A stretch of DNA of 46,225 nt from NCBI GenBank assembly GCA_001275005.1, contig JWZX01003159.1, forward strand, positions 1-46,225, in the 5' to 3' direction. Positions 42,711 to 46,225 of this stretch are shown in pieces. Position 1 is the first letter of the stretch; the number at the start of each line of letters is the position of its first letter. Origin of the DNA: Chrysochromulina tobinii (lineage: Eukaryota). A model generated the notes under the pieces. That model ran no database searches. It had not been told where the DNA came from and was given only the letters and a program-made list of their open reading frames with translations. The translations under genes were made by a program, and so were the position numbers.

Positions 42711-44893
42711 ATGAGCGACGACGGGGATGATCGTGGCCGCCGTGACTACGACCGCCGTGGTCGCGACTACGACCGCCGCGACCGCAACGATGACCGCCGC
42801 GACCGTGGCTACGACCGTCGCGATCGACGAGATGTGGATCGGCGAGACAGAGATTATGACCGGCGCGATTCTTACAGGCGTGAGTCCGACGACCGGCGCG
42901 ACTTTGACCGGCGCGATTACGACCGGCGCGATTACGACCGTGAGCGAGAGGAGGATAGACGCGGGCGTGACGATGGGCAGCGCGAGAGGAACTCGAGCAG
43001 CGATTATGGCCGTCAAGAGCTTCAAGGGATTGTTCCTGCGCCGGCCCCAGCAGCTGCAGCTGATGCCGAGGATGCAGCGGCGAAGCGGCGGAAACGCCTC
43101 GAGGCCGCGCGTGCGCTCTTGGCCGAGCAGCAGCCGCCAGTCGACGCCGCGCCCGTGGCGCAGGCACCCGCGCCTGCCTCTGCTCAGCCAGACGCGCGGC
43201 CAGCCGCTGCCTCTGTCGCCAGCGGAGCCGTCGCTCCCACCTCTGCCGCCACCGCTACCGCCACCGCAGCCGCCGCATTCTTTGGTGATTACGTGGATGA
43301 CGAGGCGCGCCGAGCGGAGGCGCTCAAGGAGGAGCGGCGCCAGCGGCTGCGCGCCTTGCAACTCGATTTGGAGGCCGACAAGCGAGGCGACCCTCCCCCC
43401 GCCGCCGCTGCCACCTCGACGGCGCGGATGGCGCAGCCACAGCAGCGGCCGGCAGAGGAGGAAGAGGACCCGCTCGACGCGTTTATGAAGACGCAGGTGC
43501 TGGAGCAGGCCAAGAAGGAGGCGGAGCGCGCAGCGGCACATCAGGTGGCATGGAGGGCACAGTACGGCCACAAGGATGTGCAGATTACGGATGCAATTGA
43601 GCCGGACAACGACCCGAACAAGCACTGCTACGTGTGCAAAAAGTGGGGACACACGAAGAAGGACTGCCCCAACAAGCGGTGCCGCTTCTGCGGGCAGGAG
43701 GGCCATTTTTCCGAGGAGTGCGAGGAGAAGGACCGCAAGATCGGGGCGCAGTTTGACAAGGACAAGGAGCGCAAGCGCCAAAAGGCTTATGCGGCGAAGA
43801 AGGCGAAGAAGCGCGCCGAGTGGGAGAGCCAGTTGCGTGCCAAGACGGGTATCGAGGGATACGAGGTGAGCGCCCCTGATTGGGTTGGGTTGGAGTGAAC
43901 CTGAGTACCTCTGAGTTTCTCTGAGGGCCATCGAGTTTCTCTGAGTGCCTCTGAGTTTCTCTGAGTGCCTCTGAGTTTCGTCTGAGTGCCTCTGAGCGCC
44001 TCTGAGTGCCTCTGAGGGCCTCTGAGTGCCTCTGAGTGCTTCTGAGGGCCTCTGAATGCCTCCTGCGTGCCTCTGCGTGCCTCTGAGTGTCTCTGCTTGC
44101 TTCTGAGTGCTTCTGATTGCCTCCTGTGAGTGTATCGAATGGCCTCCCTCATCAGGTGCTGTACGAGATCCTCGGACTTCCCCCCCGCAAGCTTGCGACT
44201 CGCGAAGCCATCCGGCGCGCGTACCGTATGCAGTCGCTCCGGTACCACCCCGACAAGGTGCGACCAGAGGAGGCAGAGGAGGCGGCCGAAAAGTTCCTCG
44301 CGGTCAAGGCTGCGTATGACCTCCTAGTGGAGGGGATGGAGACGGGCGGCGCTGGGATGAAGGGAGCTGTCTTCTCGGGCGGCGATCTCGAATATCGAGG
44401 TGCAGATGGTGCAGCTTCGACGGCGAGCACGACGACGACGGCGGCTGGGACGGCGGCGGCGGCGGCGATGGGCGCGCCGGCCCCTCGGGGTGACGGAGGT
44501 GGTTACGCCACGGCGGTGCCTCCCGACTTTGGCGCACCCACGGATGAGATGGAGGCGGCGTTGTTTCAGGAGATGGAGAGCGGCGCTGCCGTCGAGCGGC
44601 TGCAGCAGATGGCGGCGGCGTACGCGACGGCACGCGGCGTCGCTGAGGATGATGACGAGGAGGTCGGCAATGCGGATGAGCAGCCGCAACAGGATGAGAT
44701 ACGTTGGCTAGGCCGCGCCGAGGTGGGCGCGCTCCTAGGGGGCGAGCCGCGAGTGCTGGCAGCCGTGCATCGCATTGCCGCCGACGCGAATGCGCTCGAG
44801 GGTGTCTTGGATGACGCCGTCGTCATGGGCGTTCTCTACTCGGTGCTTGCCACGCGACGTGAGGAGGTTTTGGCCGCGAATACCGTCACTTGA
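42711..44893 (+). CDS. RD-rich, DPLD-motif, 2x CCHC zinc-knuckle, DnaJ-domain protein, 630 aa; exons 42711-43865, 44156-44893
   Basis: RDYDR repeats; EEEEDPLDAFM; CYVCKKWGHTKKDC and CRFCGQEGHFSEEC; the intron 43866-44155 joins GYE|VLYEILG...IRRAYR.QSLRYHPDK...F..VKAAYDLL (J-domain). Confidence 0.88.
43866..44155 (+). mobile_element. Introner-like intron E6 (290 bp) filled with ~10-11-bp CTCTGAGTGC-type repeats
   Basis: GTGAGC...(CCTCTGAGTG)n...CTGATTGCCTCC...GGCCTCCCTCATCAG; AG|GTG at both junctions; removal restores the frame. Confidence 0.8.
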
Positions 44894-45256
44894 ACCCGGG
44901 AGAGAGGCGAGAGGCGCGCGAGTCGAGTCGCAACATAAAATGCGACGCGACACGGGGACCGCGGACCTGCACCTGGGCCGGTCCGGAACAGCTGCTGCAG
45001 GCGTTGGCGACCGCGGGACCGCCACCATCCGGGGCGACCGCTGCCGTGTGAACCGTGTACTGTTCTCACATTATACTTTCGATTAGCTAATACACGCGTG
45101 TGCAAAAAATTTCCGCAAAGAACCCCCATATCGTATCGTCGAAAACCAATTCGAGGACGAGTTAGCAGTTACAAATGCTGATCAAGAACGCTTGGAGCAC
45201 CACAGATTGGTCGTCACGTTTAAGAGTCACGTCTCGAATAGTACGGCTTTCTACGT

Positions 45257-45853
45257 CTATCTGGTCGGTTTCCACGTGCCATCCCCGGGGCTCTGTTTCC
45301 ACGTGCCATCGGGGCCTGGTTCCCACTTTGGTGGTGCCATGGTACGCCACTTTTCGCTTGTAATGGAAATAGCCTTCACGACTCGCTCCGGGCTCTGGAT
45401 CTTCTCCGCGGACGAGCCCTGCCAGCTATTAGCCGGGGCCGTGCGCAGCTGCCTAAAATCTCCATCGATGAACCAGGCATCGCGGTCGGGCTTGGGCGGC
45501 ACCGGGGGCTTGTTTTTCGCTTCTCCAAAGAACCCTGCGGTGAACTCAGCATACGAGATACCGTTCGCATTCCCATCTTTCGCATTCCCATCTACCTGTG
45601 CGTACCGATCAAAGAGCCCTCGCACTGCAGGCGTCGGTGACATGCCAAACTTTTCCAACGCTCGCACAAACTCTTTGTACTCGATCTGGCCAGAGTCATT
45701 AAAATCGAACGCCTTGAACGCTCTCTTCAGAGTGAGGACCTCGTCGACGAGTGGCTTGGCCCTAACCTTCAGACACTCCTTCAGCGTCTTTTCGAGTGCG
45801 TTGAGCTCCGCCTCCCAAGCTGCCGCATCGTACGAACCGGATGCCGCCGCCAT
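45257..45853 (-). CDS. EF-hand calcium-binding protein, 198 aa
   Basis: LKRAFKAFDFNDSGQIEYKEFVRAL (canonical EF-hand loop); degenerate second hand LFDRY...GISYAEF; C-terminal (P)GxDGTWK x2. Confidence 0.85.
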   Translation of the reverse strand: MAAASGSYDAAAWEAELNALEKTLKECLKVRAKPLVDEVLTLKRAFKAFDFNDSGQIEYKEFVRALEKFGMSPTPAVRGLFDRYAQVDGNAKDGNANGISYAEFTAGFFGEAKNKPPVPPKPDRDAWFIDGDFRQLRTAPANSWQGSSAEKIQSPERVVKAISITSEKWRTMAPPKWEPGPDGTWKQSPGDGTWKPTR

Positions 45854-46090
45854 AGATGGACTTCCGACTTTGGCGGGTTGAAATGTGGAGGGGGTGTGAA
45901 CGTTACAGTGTTTGTCATAAGTCCTGACCCCCTGGTGGGGTGGGGTGGGGTGGGGTCCGCGAAAACGTCGCGCGCTCCTCGTCTCGCTCTGCTCTCATGT
46001 CTCTCTCTCTCCCCGACGATTCGCGCTGCAAGCGCGTCGCAGCGATCCGGTGGCTCGCTGTTTTCAAGCGCACGACCTTGGGGCTGACGG

Positions 46091-46138
46091 CCAGGGAGGT
46101 CACCTAACACTTGCAAGTCACCAGGGAGGTCACCTAAC
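46091..46138. repeat. 18-bp direct repeat, 30-bp period
   Basis: CCAGGGAGGTCACCTAAC at 46091-46108 and 46121-46138. Confidence 0.85.
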
Positions 46139-46225
46139 TCAGCCTCGAGCCAGAAGCGCTGGTTGTCGACCTTCGAGAAGACCGGCGACGTCTTCCCGCC
46201 GGAGAGAGGAGTTCAAGGCCGCCCG

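Noticed and set aside
43880..43893. Telomeric array (TTGGG runs)
   Set aside because: Only 2-3 units and not a TTAGGG tract; too short to call.
7080..45853. Functional cluster of flagellar genes (Fused, FSIP1-like, STPG motif, EF-hand, IQ)
   Set aside because: The genes are interspersed with unrelated housekeeping genes, and such genes are common in flagellate genomes.
45937..45955. (GGGGT)4 potential G-quadruplex upstream of the EF-hand gene
   Set aside because: Present in the sequence, but such microsatellites are common in GC-rich genomes and there is no evidence of function.
45781..46225. Partial gene at the right edge
   Set aside because: No frame gives a recognisable protein and the sequence is truncated by the window.

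Overview
Gene-dense, GC-rich eukaryotic DNA with short GT-AG introns. It is most consistent with a haptophyte alga such as Chrysochromulina, which is an inference from composition, gene content and intron style. About 16 protein-coding genes can be modelled: a PATROL1/DUF810 (Munc13 MUN-like) protein with two PH domains, a Fused/STK36 kinase, proteasome alpha-7, a coiled-coil protein, biotin synthase, a HExxH protein, a PAP-fibrillin, a RhoGDI-like protein, a ~2400-aa FN3 membrane protein, a PhnY*-PhnZ phosphonate-oxygenase fusion, an FSIP1-like protein, a multi-domain bromodomain/DDT/MBD/Tudor chromatin reader, an MgtE transporter, an IQ protein, a DPLD/zinc-knuckle/J-domain protein and an EF-hand protein. 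The most striking non-gene signal is a family of six related insertions built from degenerate CTCTGA(T/G)TG repeats. Four end in CTCATCAG directly before a GT and carry variable-length target duplications (3-23 bp) that supply the 5' splice site. Five of the six sit in or form introns, and one lies antisense and in frame inside the kinase ORF. This looks like an Introner-like, intron-generating system with hallmarks of templated repeat synthesis rather than classical cut-and-paste transposition. All calls come from reading the sequence only; no searches were run.
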